Below, in pieces: positions 40,483 to 54,995 of a stretch of 64,000 bases of DNA (position 1 is the first letter of the stretch; each line of letters opens with the position of its first letter). The stretch is from Octopus vulgaris (taxonomy: Eukaryota). The translations under genes were made by a program, and so were the position numbers. Under the pieces are notes generated by a model that saw only the letters and a list, made by a program, of their open reading frames with translations, ran no database searches and was not told the DNA's origin. Location: assembly GCA_951406725.2 (NCBI GenBank), contig OX597832.1, positions 65,348,001-65,412,000 of the forward strand, in the 5' to 3' direction.

Positions 40483-41751
40483 TTAGAGATTAGCTGAAAT
40501 TTATACAAACCGAACTACAAATATACTTGTCTCAGCACATCTTCGAAGTTTGCAAAGGCAAGGGACACAGCCTCTACTCCAGTGCCACTGAAGCATGAAG
40601 TAAATCATTTTACAAACGTTATACGGATATTTGACATTTTTCTGAATTCTCATTATTGACGGCATAATAATTCTTAAAACATTCACTTTTTACATTTCAT
40701 TAAATCTTGTTCTTTATAAAATTCTTGCAACAGTTACCAAATAAGATGTCTGTGTTTAGGTTTCAGAATTTTTCCACATGCATAGATTTACTTCTTCGTT
40801 CAAGTTATTTTCGTTTCATATTTTGCTAGTTTTCTTTTCTTTTCAAATTTTCAGTTTATTTTTATTTACATAAATATTTATGCATTTCTTTATTTTTTAA
40901 ATGAAATGTTCTTCAGGTATTGAAAACTAATGTTTATATTATTTCCAGAACAAACTTTTCGGAACTTGTTCAGCTTCGAGAATATTTTTTCGTACATTCT
41001 TTATCGCGTCTATGTGTGACCGTGATACAATGTAGCTAATAAGAATTGGTACGAAAACTCAACAGCATAAAGAAGACAATTACGAAAAAAAAGATAAACA
41101 ACCAAAATTGCTCCAGGGTAAACAACAAATCAAAACATTTTATTGTCCAATAAAAATCGAGAAACTAAGTATCTTTCTATCCCTCTCGTTCCATTTCTGT
41201 TTCGGTATCTGTCTATCTAGCTATCGATGTGTATAAATTTATTCTCTATATATTATATTTATTATAACATCGTTTATCTAATTATCAATTTAAAGATGCA
41301 TATGTATATATCTACATACACACATATATGTATTTAGCATAAAAGGAGAAACGAATAAATGTCACATATAGTTGGTACTTTCAATGAAATATGAGAAGTA
41401 CCTGAGCAATATCTGGTTTTCTGCATATATACTAAATAAGTTAATCTTAAAAGAACGTGTGGGGCGATAATGGATATACATGTGAGTCAGACCGAATTGG
41501 ATCTACAAAGTTTAATATGTTTTTTGTTGCGATCTTATGGTGCATTAAACATTCGCTGAGGTCGACTTTGTCTTTCATCATTTCGGGGTCGATAAATTAA
41601 GTACCAGTTGCGTAATGGGGTCAATCTATTCGACTGGCTCCCTTCCCAAGAATTTCGGGCCTTGTGCCTAGACTTGAAAAGGATCTTACGGTTCATTCAT
41701 TAATGTTTATGCATTAAATTCTTATATATACATTATACATACATACGTACA

Positions 41752-41814
<63 letters not shown>

Positions 41815-41817
<3 letters not shown>

Positions 41818-42560
41818 CGAGTAAGCACAGAAATGCAAAAGAAGTCGGAAAGAAATAGTACTCGAATACCAAACATGGAGTAATATATTTTTTATTAAAG
41901 CTGCAAAAACCTCACAAAAAACTATTTTTCATGATTCCGTTCGTCTAAATGGCCGTGTCACATCCTGAACAAAGATATGAATTAGATTTCCGGATGCACA
42001 AGTGAAGCTGGTCTTAATTGTGAATCTCTGTCCTTGTTTGAAGTGGAATTCTGAACCTTCCAGTAGGTTGGGTCATGTTCCACCATTTCGAAATAAGCAC
42101 TTTTCAAATGTTGGTGTCGTTGCTGTTTTTTACATTTGATGAATCTGTCTGTTTGTAGAATGTGGATTCATCTTTGGATCCCTTGTGAATATTGGTATGC
42201 CTCATAGTTTCTAGGATTGAGTGTAGATTTAGAGGTAAGCATTTTGAGATGAGGTGTGGGATTTCATTTTGCTTCCCTCAGTGTTTTGATACCATAAATG
42301 AATGTGGATAGAGTTTCTGAGCTAGTGTGGATCTAAGGTCGATGGTCGAAGGTCTGTGTATTTGTATCAGACACTATTGGGAAAATCTTTTTTGCTAAAT
42401 TAAAACGAATATTGATAGTGATGTGTTTCGTGTGGCATGAACAGAATGTGTTGCTTCGTGTCTGTTGGTTTATGAAACAATGATTGCCTCTAGCTACTAA
42501 AGCCTTCTTTTTTAATTCTTTCTCTGTTTATTTTCTCATGATCCTTTCTGTCTAGAAACG
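41815..42560 (-). mobile_element. Degenerate Penelope-like element remnant (RT thumb region to 3' end)
   Basis: Minus-strand translation pieces HKPTDTKQ, SCHTKHITINIRFNLAKR and IVSD match the PLE thumb motif KPTD...SCHP.H....IP..LA.R...IVS. Confidence 0.65.
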
Positions 42561-42870
42561 TAAAAACCTCACCCAGCGTTAAACTAATAGACCTGTGAAT
42601 TGTTTATACATCTGTCTTTGTCTTTTGTTTTTTGTAAATTCCAACTATATATATATATACATGCACGCAAAAAAGTATATGTGTGATCACGCTTGTGATT
42701 GAGTGCTCTCTGACATTCTTTCTCACTACCGTGTCTCTTTTTGACTATGTTTCTGTAACAGACGTGAGATATTTCCCGAAATACGGCCTCGTTTGAACAG
42801 ATTGAAAAGTTTGAACAGTTTGAAAAGCCTACAGTATATAACAAATGTGTGGATCGAAAGTCACTGAAAC

Positions 42871-42932
<62 letters not shown>

Positions 42933-42939
42933 TAATTAC

Positions 42940-43320
42940 ATTGGCAAATTAAGTAAATATAAACACCTGGAACTTGAAATATAAAAGGTATGACATCTTA
43001 AGTAAGAACGGTTCCTATTATTGCAGGTGCCATAATCCTGATAAAAAGTGGATTTCAGAAACATCTAGATAACATCCCCGAAGAACCATGTATCAGAGTA
43101 ATCCACGAGATTGTGCTGACAAGTACTGCCCACATCATTAGAAAAACCCCATCGATTTAAATGTCTGTGTTGTATTACTTGGAGATATTTCGCTACTGCC
43201 CATGTCACTTGCCGTTCCAAAGCTTTAAGGCATATTGTAACATCTCTTATCCGTCACTCGCCCTTGGACCCCGGCTGAGTCTCGGCAAGTGGTTGTGAGA
43301 AACATGCAGGTTAAAATTAA
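42940..43320 (+). mobile_element. R4/Dong-type RLE 3' remnant
   Basis: KLSKYKHLELEI...TVPIIAGA...EIVLTSTAHIIRK; lies between (AAT)n and (AAC)n. Confidence 0.7.
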
Positions 43321-43374
43321 ACAACAACAAGAGCAACAAAATCAACAACAACAGCAAGAATAATAATGATCAAC

Positions 43375-43577
43375 GTGTAAGAAGAAAAAATAAACAACTA
43401 TAACGATTTGAAGTGGGAAATATGAAGGTTGTGGTCAACGAGGAGAGTAGATTTGATACCAATAGTAATTGGTGCATTTGGAAGTATCAGCACTCAACTA
43501 TCAGCATGGCTGAAAAAAGAATGGTGCAACTACGAAGGTAGAACACGTATTAAAATCAGCATCGTTTGGAACTGCGA

Positions 43578-43580
<3 letters not shown>
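43375..43580 (+). mobile_element. R4/Dong-type RLE 3' remnant (different family)
   Basis: KINNYNDLKWEI.RLW...VDLIPIVIGAFGSI. Confidence 0.65.
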
Positions 43581-43664
<84 letters not shown>

Positions 43665-44554
43665 AGAAAGTAAGAAAGCTAGTGAGAGAGAGAGAGAGCG
43701 AGATAGATAGATGGATAGATATAAATGTTTAAAAATAAGTGCAAATATACAAAACCAAAACAGAGGAAGGACTAAGAGCAACGAACAGTGTGTATTGTTT
43801 TACTGCTGAGGAAGAATGGAAAAAAGTCTTAACATTTCCAAACCTAGACTCTTCTACAGAACGGAACGAGGTGAGAAAATAGAGGGAACTAGTTGGCTGG
43901 AGGCGAGGTTGACAAGGAAGGGAACTCTGATCTAGCAAATTTTTATGTGTGCGAAAGCAAGTACGTATGTATGTGTGAATGTCATGTGTGCATGTATATG
44001 TATAATAATTAGCGAATGCGTTTGTGTTTGGGCATGAACGTGTGCACATATTAAAATTATGTGATCGTGTGTATATGATTACATAGAGGCGCTCGTGCGC
44101 ATGCGTATCTTTGTGTACGAAGAAGTTCGTGTGTGTGTGGAGATATGTGTATTTATATGTGTATGCGTTTGTATGGTTGTCTGTATATGTTTGAAGCTCT
44201 CAGGCCTGCGTGTGTGCGTGTATATCACAGTATACGCGCAGAATGTGATAAGAACATTAATTTCTTTCGACCATGCAATTGTATTACATTTAGAAGCAAA
44301 TATTTGACTAACTGATATTCCACAACAGTGATGTATGCCGTTGGCTCAAACTCTGTTCAAACGAAGGAGTGGGGGGAACTGGAAGCGTGGGTGCTGGTAT
44401 ATGCGCATTGAGAGGAATTGAGCGTGTGGGGGTGCTAATGTGTGTTGAGTGGGAATGAGTGGGTTTGCGAGAAGATAGCAGTGCAATGTGGGGAATGTGT
44501 AGTGTGTGTGAAAGCGAGGACGTAGGTTTAGATAAAGAGAAGTTATATATATAT

Positions 44555-44597
<43 letters not shown>

Positions 44598-44600
<3 letters not shown>

Positions 44601-46203
44601 TTGCGGCCAAAATGTTCAGAACGGCATTGTGTTCGTCAGAAAAGTAGGTATAATTTTTTATCAAAGTTGTTTTATTTTCTATAATTTTTACAGACAATAA
44701 ATACAATATTATTCGTTATTGTTTGAGATTTTGGTGTAATTTGAGAGTATAATACAAAAATTATGGATGATTTAGTGATTTACTGCAAAACCTATGGCGG
44801 CCAAAAGGATCAGAACGGTTGATTTTACTTCGTGTTTTAATATATTTAACCGGCGAACTCTAATGGTTTGAATTTGTTTACCTGACGGTTCGTTTACTAA
44901 ACATTAGTAAGAATATCTGCAGTGTACTTTGTTAATATAATGTCACTTACTCCGTTACCAATTCGTCAGTAGATTATTAAGCTTCGAAAGAAGGATAATT
45001 TAAGTATTTGGTCTATTGCAAAGATTGTTAACAAGTCAAAAACTATTGTTCATTGTATTCTTAAGGTCTACGATGATTGTGGCTCGTGTGAAGCAAGAAA
45101 GTATACAGGTAGGCCAAGAAAAACGACCAAGAGAGAAGATCGTGCTATGTTAAAGTTGGTTAAACAGGACAGATTTAAAACTGCTGCTGCTGTTTCTCGG
45201 GAAATGAGCATTGTACTGAAGAAAACTTTATCTCGAAAACTGTTTCTCGTCATTTAGTTGAACATGACCTACAAGCAAGAGCACTTGCAGTGAAGCCACT
45301 GATCAGCTCCAAGAATAAAAAGTGTCATCTTACCTTTGCAAACGAACATGTGTTGTGGTCTCAAGAAAAATGGCAAACGGTGCATTTCAGTGATGAAACT
45401 AAGTTTATGTTATTTGGCTCAGATGGGAAAAGTAGGTGAAAAATTGTCGTCTATATGCCTTAAGACTAGTGTTAAATTCGATGGAGGAAGTGTTATGGTT
45501 TGGGGGATGATATCTGGAGATGGTGTAGGCCCTTTTGTGCGATTACACGGAAAGGTAAATGCAGAAGTTTATAAACAACTTGTAACATATCATGTCTTGC
45601 CTGTGCTGAGAAATTCAACTAAGCGACCACCCATATTCATGCAGGACAATGCCCCATGTCACAAGGCTAAGGTGGTCATGAACTTCCTCAAGGCTGAAAA
45701 GGTTATTGTTATGGATTGGCCTGCTCAAAACACAGATCTCAATCCTATTGAAAATGTGTGGCATATTCTAGGAGACGGTTCGAAAGCCAGAAATCCTAAA
45801 ACAACCGAGCAATTATGGAATGCCCTTCAGGAAGAATGGAATAAGATCACCAAGCAAGAAATTGAAAATTTAATTTCCTCATGCAGTCAAATATGTCAAA
45901 GTGTGATTGAAGCTAAATGGCTTCACAACAAATATTAAATAATTCCGGTATTCTTTGTCATTTATGATTATTTTGTTATTTTTTCAACCGTTCTGATCAT
46001 TTTGGCCGCCATGGGTGTTGCAGTAAATCACTAAATCATCCATAACTTTTGTATTATCCTCTCAAATTACACCAAAATCTCAGACAATAACAATTGATAT
46101 TGTATTTATTGTCTGTGAAAATTAAAGAATATAAAACAACTTGGATAAAAATTATACCTACTTTTCTGACGAAACAATGCCGTTCTGAACATTTTGGCCG
46201 CAA

Positions 46204-46206
<3 letters not shown>
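44598..46206 (+). mobile_element. Tc1-like transposon (DD34E) with ~225-bp IR/DR-type TIRs; frameshifted transposase
   Basis: TA|CAGTTGCGGCCAAAATGTTCAGAACGG ... CCGTTCTGAACATTTTGGCCGCAACTG|TA; inner DRs GCGGCCAAAAGGATCAGAACGG. Motifs FSDETK, GGSVMVWG, FMQDNAPCH-(34 aa)-NPIENVW. Confidence 0.95.
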
Positions 46207-46241
<35 letters not shown>

Positions 46242-46479
46242 TTGCGGCCAAAATACACATGTAAATGCACACGCACATACAAGCGTGTGTGTAAATTTGC
46301 CAGAGAGAAAGTGGAATCCAAGAGACTATATTCCGAATTACTACGATAATTTCGCCTCATAATGAATCCATGCCGCCACATTGTCGTTGATGACACCTAG
46401 CTCAATACTATGGGCGTCCCTTAAGCAACATGCTCCAAGATGTCTACCCTAATATAAAATTATATATATATATATATAG

Positions 46480-46635
46480 TGAGAGTGAGAATTTACAAAA
46501 AATAAAAGACGAAGACGGGTGTTTAAAATAAGAAACAGATGTATTACTTTAACACTCAAGAAGTGAGAAATCATCCACGTTTCGAGCCTACGCTCTTCGA
46601 CAGAAAGGAACACAGAACTAAACAGTGAGAGAAAA
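46480..46635 (-). mobile_element. Short repeat with hammerhead-like motif (related degenerate copy ~43740-43890)
   Basis: Minus strand 46577-46603: CTGTCGA-A-GAGC-GTAG-GCTC-GAAAC-GT; related CTGTAGAAGAGTCTAGGTTTGGAAATGTT at 43831-43859. Confidence 0.5.
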
Positions 46636-46646
46636 TACTATATACA

Positions 46647-47030
46647 TGTGTGGTAAGTAGCTTGCCTACCAACCACATAGTTCCGGGTTCAGTCCCACTG
46701 CATGGCACCTAGGGCAAGTGTCTTCTGCTATAGCCTCGGGCCGATCAAAGACTTGTGAGTGGATTTGGTAGATGGAAACTGAAAGAAGCCCGTCGTATAT
46801 GTATATAAGTGTATGTGTATGAGTATGTTTGTGTCTGTGTTTGTCTCCCACCAACATCGCTTCACAACCGATACTGGTGTGTTTACGTCCTCGTAATCTA
46901 ACGGCTCGGCAAAAGAGACCGAAAGAATAAGTACTGGGCTTACAATAATCCTGGGGTCAATTTGCACAACTAAAGGCGGTGCTGCCGCATGACCGCAGCC
47001 AAATGACTGAAACACGTAAAAGAGTAATGA
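46647..47030 (+). mobile_element. tRNA-derived SINE family A
   Basis: TGTGTGGTAAGTAGCTTGC, GGTTCAGTCCC, GGGCAAGTGTCTTCT, family tail. Confidence 0.9.
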
Positions 47031-48090
47031 GAGAAAGTAGAATAATAAAAAGTTCTTGACACAGTATAATATATTTGAAAGGGGATATTATTATCAAAAT
47101 AAAAATTATCCTCCCAAATAGACATCTTTAGTCATTTTTTAAATACATCTATACAGCCACACACAACCACACACATACATATATGTGTGTGTGTGTGTGT
47201 GTGTGTATGTATATAGCTAGCTAACTAGTTATGTAGACCTGTGTGTGAATGAATGTATACATGTATATATAAATAATATATATATATATGTATGTACGTG
47301 TGTGTGTAGAAATATGGGGCAATACATCCACGCTCACACACATTTATATATTTACGTGTGTATTCGATTGTGTTTTTTTTTTATATTGCTTCCCTATAAT
47401 CAATTTCATTGTACCACTAGCTGTTCTGTTATATCACACAGTCGCTATATAAAGATATTCTGATGGCTGTCAATTGACGTAGATTTGTGCGTTGGTTTTC
47501 ATTTTTAAGAAATACGTATAAAATAAATAAATACAGATTAAATTATGTTTCCTGAACAGAACACGAAATCATGTATTTGAGAATTAGTCGAATGATCTCT
47601 GTATTTGACTGATGTTTTAAAGTACCGTCTCTGAAAGTTCTTTCGAGCAATTGAATCCTTGGTTGTATTAGGGATCAGAATACAAAGGATAGATGAGTAA
47701 AAGCTGGTAAACAATTCTGGAGGACCATCTACAGAATACATCAACAAACACGCTTTAGACATTCTCAGATATGAAGTAAATGAAAATTAAATCTTATATT
47801 TTGTGTGATATATTACCATTCATTTCACCTTTCGCTTTTGGTCAGAAACTAAAATTTCTAACAAGAAAAATACAAGAGAAATCACAAATGAAAATGCTTT
47901 GGAAACCGAATGTAGAACCACTAAACGTAAAAAGTATTTGATAGAGAAATCCAAGAAATCATTCTTCGGAATATCTTTGCAAAGGATGAACAATTTGTCT
48001 AAGAGAATATCGATCCTAGAACTTTCTCTTCATTGTCATATTCTTTACTCAACAAATATAATTCATCACTTAAATATTTCCTATATTCCT

Positions 48091-48132
<42 letters not shown>

Positions 48133-48728
48133 TTCTATCTCTTTTACCCTTCGACTATTGAAAGGAAAAACTGCAAAAATATAACTGAAGTCCACTGAAA
48201 TAACGAAACGAAGCAAAAATAAGGAAAGAGGAATATGCGGATTTCTAATAGTGAATTCTATGCACTGTAATAATATAATATTAAAAAGAAAGAATGCGCT
48301 CGGAATATCTGACTCAGGGCATTGAAACATTTTGGTGATTCTTGTTTATTTTGTCTGCGTAATCTAGAGGGTGAATATTTTTCTGAACACCAGGAATAGC
48401 AGAGCTACGAGATTCAGTTTGTTATTTCTTGAAACATAGCCTGCAGCTCTTAGAGTGATTTATGGAAAATCTTTATATATGTATACATACACACAGAGAC
48501 ACAGACACAAACACACACAGAAACACACCCACACACCCACACACACGCACACACACACACAGACACGCGCGCGCACACACACATACATTGGTATCTTGTA
48601 TTTTTCACTCTGATTGCAGGAAGAATAATAATAAAAATAGTAAAAATGATAATAATAATAGTAATGATAATAATAAACATGATGATGATGAAAATGATGA
48701 TAATTTATTATTATTGTTATTACTATTA

Positions 48729-48795
<67 letters not shown>

Positions 48796-48800
48796 CATCA

Positions 48801-48875
<75 letters not shown>

Positions 48876-49013
48876 CATGCGAAATACAGACAGATATGAC
48901 AATACCGCGATCGGTATTTATTTATGCATCAGCATATCTACCCTTATCAAAAACAACGGCATCGCTATAACATCCATCAGCATCTCAAACCTGAACAAAA
49001 GCAACAACATACG

Positions 49014-49077
<64 letters not shown>

Positions 49078-49409
49078 CACTACTACTACTATTAGTAGTA
49101 GTAGTAATAGTAGTAGTAGTAGGAGGAGGAGTACCACACCACCACCACCACCATGATCATGATCATCATGATCATTATCATCATCGTGGTCATAATTATG
49201 CCCAATCGTCCTCCTTATAAGGAATTTATTACATAAATATATTATATGAACTACGTTTATGTACCAATAAAATTCTCTATAACCGACGATCAGCACAATT
49301 TCGTTGCTGTCAGCTTTGAGTATTCATGCTATCTTCGATTTGGTACAATCGGTAGGTCTTCGAAAACATGCCTCATGCTATTTGGCCCAATTCTTCTCTA
49401 CGTTACTAT

Positions 49410-50295
49410 TAATCCCCAAGAGGTCAAATATGCTCTTCATTTTTATTCTGCTTTGGTGTCGATAAAATAAAGTACCAGCCAAATTTTTAAGTCGATAACA
49501 TCATATAAACCATTATCTTCAAAACACTTACGTACCATTGCGTCTAAATTTGAACCAATATTATCTTAAATAAACGATTTCTTCGTGGTTAACCCGACAA
49601 TATTTAATAGTTTATATTATTAAGCCGTCAGCTGGCAGAATCATTTGCTCCCCGAAATAAATGATTAGCGACATTTCATTCGCCTTCACGTTCTGAATTA
49701 AATTTACTTTTTATCCTTTGAGGGTCGAAAAATTAAGTACCGGCTGAGCACTGTGTATCGATGTATTTGACTTACGCCCTTCCCCCGTAACAGCTGGCAT
49801 TGTGTTAAGGTTGGAAACTAATGTTATCTTAAAGAAAATGTTTTATCTTGATTAAATCCACAAAAACTAATTTATATTATGAAGGCAGCGAGTAAGTCGG
49901 CGATCTGGCAGAATCGTTATCACACGGGACGAAATGCTTAGCGGTATTTCGTCTGTCTTCACGTTCTGAATTCAAATTCTGCCGAGGTCGACTTTACGTT
50001 GCATCCTTTCTGGGAGGATAGTATAAATACCAGCTGAATACTGAGGTTGACGTAATCGGCTCATATCCACCTTCCCCAAGCTGCCTTTGTTCCAATTATT
50101 TGAAATAATTATTAAGGCAGCGAGCTAGCAGAACCACTAGCACACCACATAAAATGCTTATTGTCATTTCATCCATCTTTACGATCTCAATTCAAATTCA
50201 GTTGAAAACGACTTTGGTTTTCATCGCATCGTGGTCGATAAAGTAAGTACGATTTGAACAATAAAGCTGATGTAATCCATTTACCCCTCCCATAA
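49410..50295 (+). mobile_element. Tandem cluster of 3-4 SINE family B copies
   Basis: Heads at ~49625 (GCTGGCAGAATC), ~49900 and ~50115, plus a degenerate 3' half at ~49410-49560. Confidence 0.75.
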
Positions 50296-52126
50296 TATTT
50301 ACTTTTATATCTTGATTACCTTGGATTATGGTGTTTCCACCGGAAATACTTCATCCGGATAGACCTCCTAAAAATGCCTACATTTGTTTAATTCTCCATC
50401 CGTGGGTGATGTTCAACAAAATGTTGAATATTTGTTATCGCGTGTGGGGCAAATAGCTCTGCAATTCTTGTCAATATTGAAAATCAAACCACTAACATTA
50501 TTTGATATGTAAAGGTGGGCAGTGATCAGAAATTTCTGGTGGCCACAGAGAAAGAAATTGATTGCTACAAAGAAAGGACATGTTTCAAATATGTTATGAG
50601 CCCACATAAAATTTTATTACAGTTTGCAGAAGTTAGTGCGGCAAGCATATAAGAATGAGGAAACTGGTGAGGTTAAGTAGGCAGCTAATTGCACTGTAAT
50701 TGCCTGGTGGCAAGCATTTTAAGATAGTATTTTCTGTTGGTGGGTTTGGGTAATACGCAGTGCGTGCTGTGTACCTCGAATGACCAAGTGTGTTTTCTCC
50801 TTAATATCGAAAAACAAACTTTGCATTTTCTTTTCTTACAATTTTGTACGTTATTGCAAACTTATTTCCTCATGTTGACTTTTATTTATGATCTCAAAAT
50901 GTAGAAGACGCAAATGGAACTGGTTATCTTTGTTGTTTTAGGTCATATTTCATCATTGTCATAACTCGGGATCTTGTCACAACTCAGGATCATCAATACT
51001 TGTTATAAAACTTCTGTTACTGGTGAGTGGGAGCGCTTAGTTGATTACATTGACGCCAGAACTTGACGAGTGCTTTATTCATCGATCACCAATGACTGAA
51101 TAGCAAAGTCGGCCTCACAGAATTTCACCTCAGAGTAGAGACCCGGTAGAAATGTTGTTAAAAATTATGTCTGGAGCGGTAACGATATTGCCAACTATCT
51201 GCCTTATCAATACTTTCAATAGTATTACTATTAGCAATAATATTAATAGGCCAGTTTGATTTTTGTACGTACCTGATGCGTGCGTCACGCTTAAGAGAAA
51301 GAAACTTTGTTGCTTAAACAAAAATTTTGTAGATCTCTTGCAATCTCTAGGAAGAGATTTGAAACCACCACCTATGTGTTGCATTACAACTTCTCAACAA
51401 CTACTCCTATTAGGCCACCGGGACAAGAAGGAGCTAAATGAGAAAATTAAGATACTTAAATTTGTCGCATGTCCTGCAAGGGAGAGAGAAGGTGAGAGAG
51501 AAAGAGAGAGAGAGAGGGAGAGAGGGAGAGAGAGGGGAGTGGCTGATACACACACACGCACATTTGTCTTTAGGTCTTCTACCCATTTAAATTCGGCCAT
51601 ACACCATTTAATATGTTAAGTCTTGTGTTCCGAAATTTAAATTTTGAATTTGTTTTAAATATAACATTACATCTCAGCTAGAAAGAGACATCTTTTGGCT
51701 TTCGAATACAACATTTTATTTCTCTTTCTATATTTTTGTTAAGTTACAATTTGCCTGTTTCGTGAAGATTGTTCCAATTTCTTTTTTCTTGTATCAAGTA
51801 ATGGACAGAAGCATTAAAAAAAAATTAAATTCATAGAGCCGAATAAAATCAAAAATATTAATTCTATTTTTCCCCTTTCCTTAATACTAACAAGAGAGAT
51901 CTTGCTGTTATTTGTAGCAAATTGAACAACCACACAGATTTGTTCAATTGGCTCATTTGTTGGTGTGTATAAGTAAACAAAAACTAAAACAAACTCACAC
52001 ACACATACACACACTCACACTCACACTTCCAGCTCGATTAAATAAGTACCAGTTACGTACTGGTTTCGGTGTAATCGAGTTAATCACTTCCCCCAAATTT
52101 CAGGTCTTGTGCTTCCAGCAGACGGG

Positions 52127-52190
<64 letters not shown>

Positions 52191-52191
52191 A

Positions 52192-52242
<51 letters not shown>

Positions 52243-52296
52243 AAGTATTAGTAGTAGCAGTAGTAGTAGAAGTAGTATTACTATTATCATCATCAT

Positions 52297-52514
52297 TGCT
52301 TTTGCACAGCTTCTAACGCTGGTGATGTAGTACGGTGCAAGCTGTTCACTACGAGTGAACTAAGGTAACACCACTTATCTTTCGAGTATTATCCGGAGTA
52401 TTCGAGCGGTTCCAAGCAGTGCTGCTTACGGCAAGTGTTTCACGTTTATGGCAGCCCCTATTATTGCTATGTACTTCTCAAGATTTTTTACTCACTGTTC
52501 CCAGGGTGGAGCAC

Positions 52515-52515
<1 letters not shown>
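52297..52515 (-). mobile_element. R4/Dong-type RLE 3' remnant (another family)
   Basis: Minus strand: LGTVSKNLEKYI..IG....KHL..AALLGTARILR, then a short UTR and (ATG)n tail, between trinucleotide microsatellites. Confidence 0.7.
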
Positions 52516-52597
<82 letters not shown>

Positions 52598-52598
<1 letters not shown>

Positions 52599-52755
52599 GG
52601 CAAGGGCTGGCAGAATCGACAGCGACATTTTGTTCGTCTTCAAGTTTTGAGTTCAAATTCTGCCGAGATCAGCCTTCCTTATTCATTCTTGCTGGGTCAT
52701 AAAATAAGCACTTCCCCAGAAATTACTCGCCTTTTCATAAAATTTGAGACTGTTA
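52598..52755 (+). mobile_element. SINE family B, degenerate
   Basis: GGCTGGCAGAATCG...GAGTTCAAATTCTGCCGAG. Confidence 0.7.
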
Positions 52756-52759
52756 TTAA

Positions 52760-52825
<66 letters not shown>

Positions 52826-53235
52826 TTGAAAACAGCTAAAATAGTGATATATGCTTATACAAAATGTTCTCATATTAAGACATTCGACAAGTATCATGCC
52901 TGTATCAACACTTTTATGCAATTTTACCTGTAGAAAAAAATATTATTAGTTGGAGAAAAAGTTCCTTAAAATTATCTCCAAAATATCCTGAGGTAGCGCA
53001 ATTTGCAAGTGTGCAAATTATGATTAAAACATATTGAGGAGAAAAACATATGAACTTACAAAATCCAACTAATTCGTATACACATCGGTGCACGCGTATT
53101 CATATATATGTGTGGGTGTGTATGTGTGTATTTGTGTGTGAGTGTTCGTGAACGTGTATTCATATGCATACAGATATAATGGCTGATGTATGCGTATATA
53201 TATATGTATATATACAAACACATATATATAAGATG

Positions 53236-53304
<69 letters not shown>

Positions 53305-54057
53305 ATCAGAATAGCTAGCAAAATTGGATCAATGGGTTCCTCACAAAATTTGCGTGTTTAATCGCGTCCAGTCAATGATTGTGTACTCTTCTTTGCTGTC
53401 TGGTCTCACCAAGGAACCTTTTTTCGGACCGAATAGTGACTGGTGACTGATCTCTATAAACATGTCAAGCACCGGAGATTGTGGGTAGGAAAACGAGAAA
53501 CACCGGCACCCATGCTAAAGAAGGTCTTCCCCCACGTAAGGTGTTGTTATCTGTTTGGTGGGATATGAGAGCTTTAGTCCACTTTGAACGTCTAAAGCAA
53601 AACCAGTCGATAGGAAAGATTTACTGCAAGCAGCTTGAGGGCTCAATTCAGCGCTAAATGAATAACGACCATCTTCGTTTGGTTTCAAGAAGTATGATGT
53701 TCTTCCATCAGGATAATGTTCGGCAACATACATTCAAATGCTGGAACAGTTTGAATAAGAAATGATGCCCACTCCTCCACCATATTCGCCAGACAATGCC
53801 CCATCTTATTATCATTTATGCCGCAGCTTTCAAAATCATTTGGACGTAAAAATATGAATGATGTAGATGAGGTCAGGAGAGAAATGGAGCAGTATTTTTC
53901 GTCACGGAAAAGTGAAGCTTCGGAAAAACGGCCTTGCAAGTCTAGCAGTTAGAAAGAAGAGCACTGTAAGGAACGAAGGAGAGTATATTTTGATTTTAAT
54001 CTTAATTTTGAAAAATAAATCAAGTATGGAAAACTGCATTATATATGGGATGAACTA

Positions 54058-54059
<2 letters not shown>
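53305..54059 (+). mobile_element. Degenerate mariner transposase 3' part with right terminus
   Basis: KLDQWVPH, RIVTGD, FHQDNVRQH and a frameshifted PYSPDNAPSYYHL. Confidence 0.75.
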
Positions 54060-54104
<45 letters not shown>

Positions 54105-54117
54105 TATACATACATAC

Positions 54118-54178
<61 letters not shown>

Positions 54179-54206
54179 TATATATATATGTACAAACATA
54201 CCTTCC

Positions 54207-54262
<56 letters not shown>

Positions 54263-54961
54263 CACGTATTCATGCACATGCGTGTAAATGCATATATATC
54301 TGTGTTTATGTGAAGATGAAGCTTCTTCCAATTCGGTTTCCCGTTTCACATTGTTGTAGCCATTCAAGCCGAAAAGAGGAACGTATCATGATATTCGACA
54401 ACTTTCACGAACGTTTTCAATTATAATCAGCCATACGCACCGCCAAGAAAAGTTTCGTTACTAGAAGATTAGTTAAGAAAATTTGTCATGCTTTCATGCC
54501 AATCGGCAAATCTGTTTGTTTTTATCATGTATTCACTTTCAGAGAGACATGATATTTTCATATCATAATATTGCGTTTGTATGAGCAATTTGTATTATTG
54601 ATAAATAAATGAATTCATTTTTACAGATATTTGGCTATTTTTCAGGGTATAACAAATCTATTCTGTAGGACAATATTGTAGTTATTTGGAAAAATATGCC
54701 AAGTGTACTTTAAGCAGATGCCAATAATATTTGCCAATCCTGGTAGTATTTTGTGTTCGTAAAAGTAATATGATGTTGCTTAGTTCTTTAGCAGAACATC
54801 GTGACTCACGAACAAATTTAAGTTGGTAGAATGAAGCATGTTCTCTGAATGCTTAATGTCTTTATGTTCCTTTGCTGTAGTGAGAACGAATAGAGAAATT
54901 TGTCTAGTGCGAAGCTAGTGGAGATGCATTGTAAAAAATACATACCCACAGACATACACAT

Positions 54962-54995
<34 letters not shown>

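Noticed and set aside
47538-47762. Possible host exon (minus strand, CTGTAG|ATGGTCCTCC...)
   Set aside because: Plausible acceptor but weak donor, no recognisable domain and no partner exons. It needs RNA-seq.
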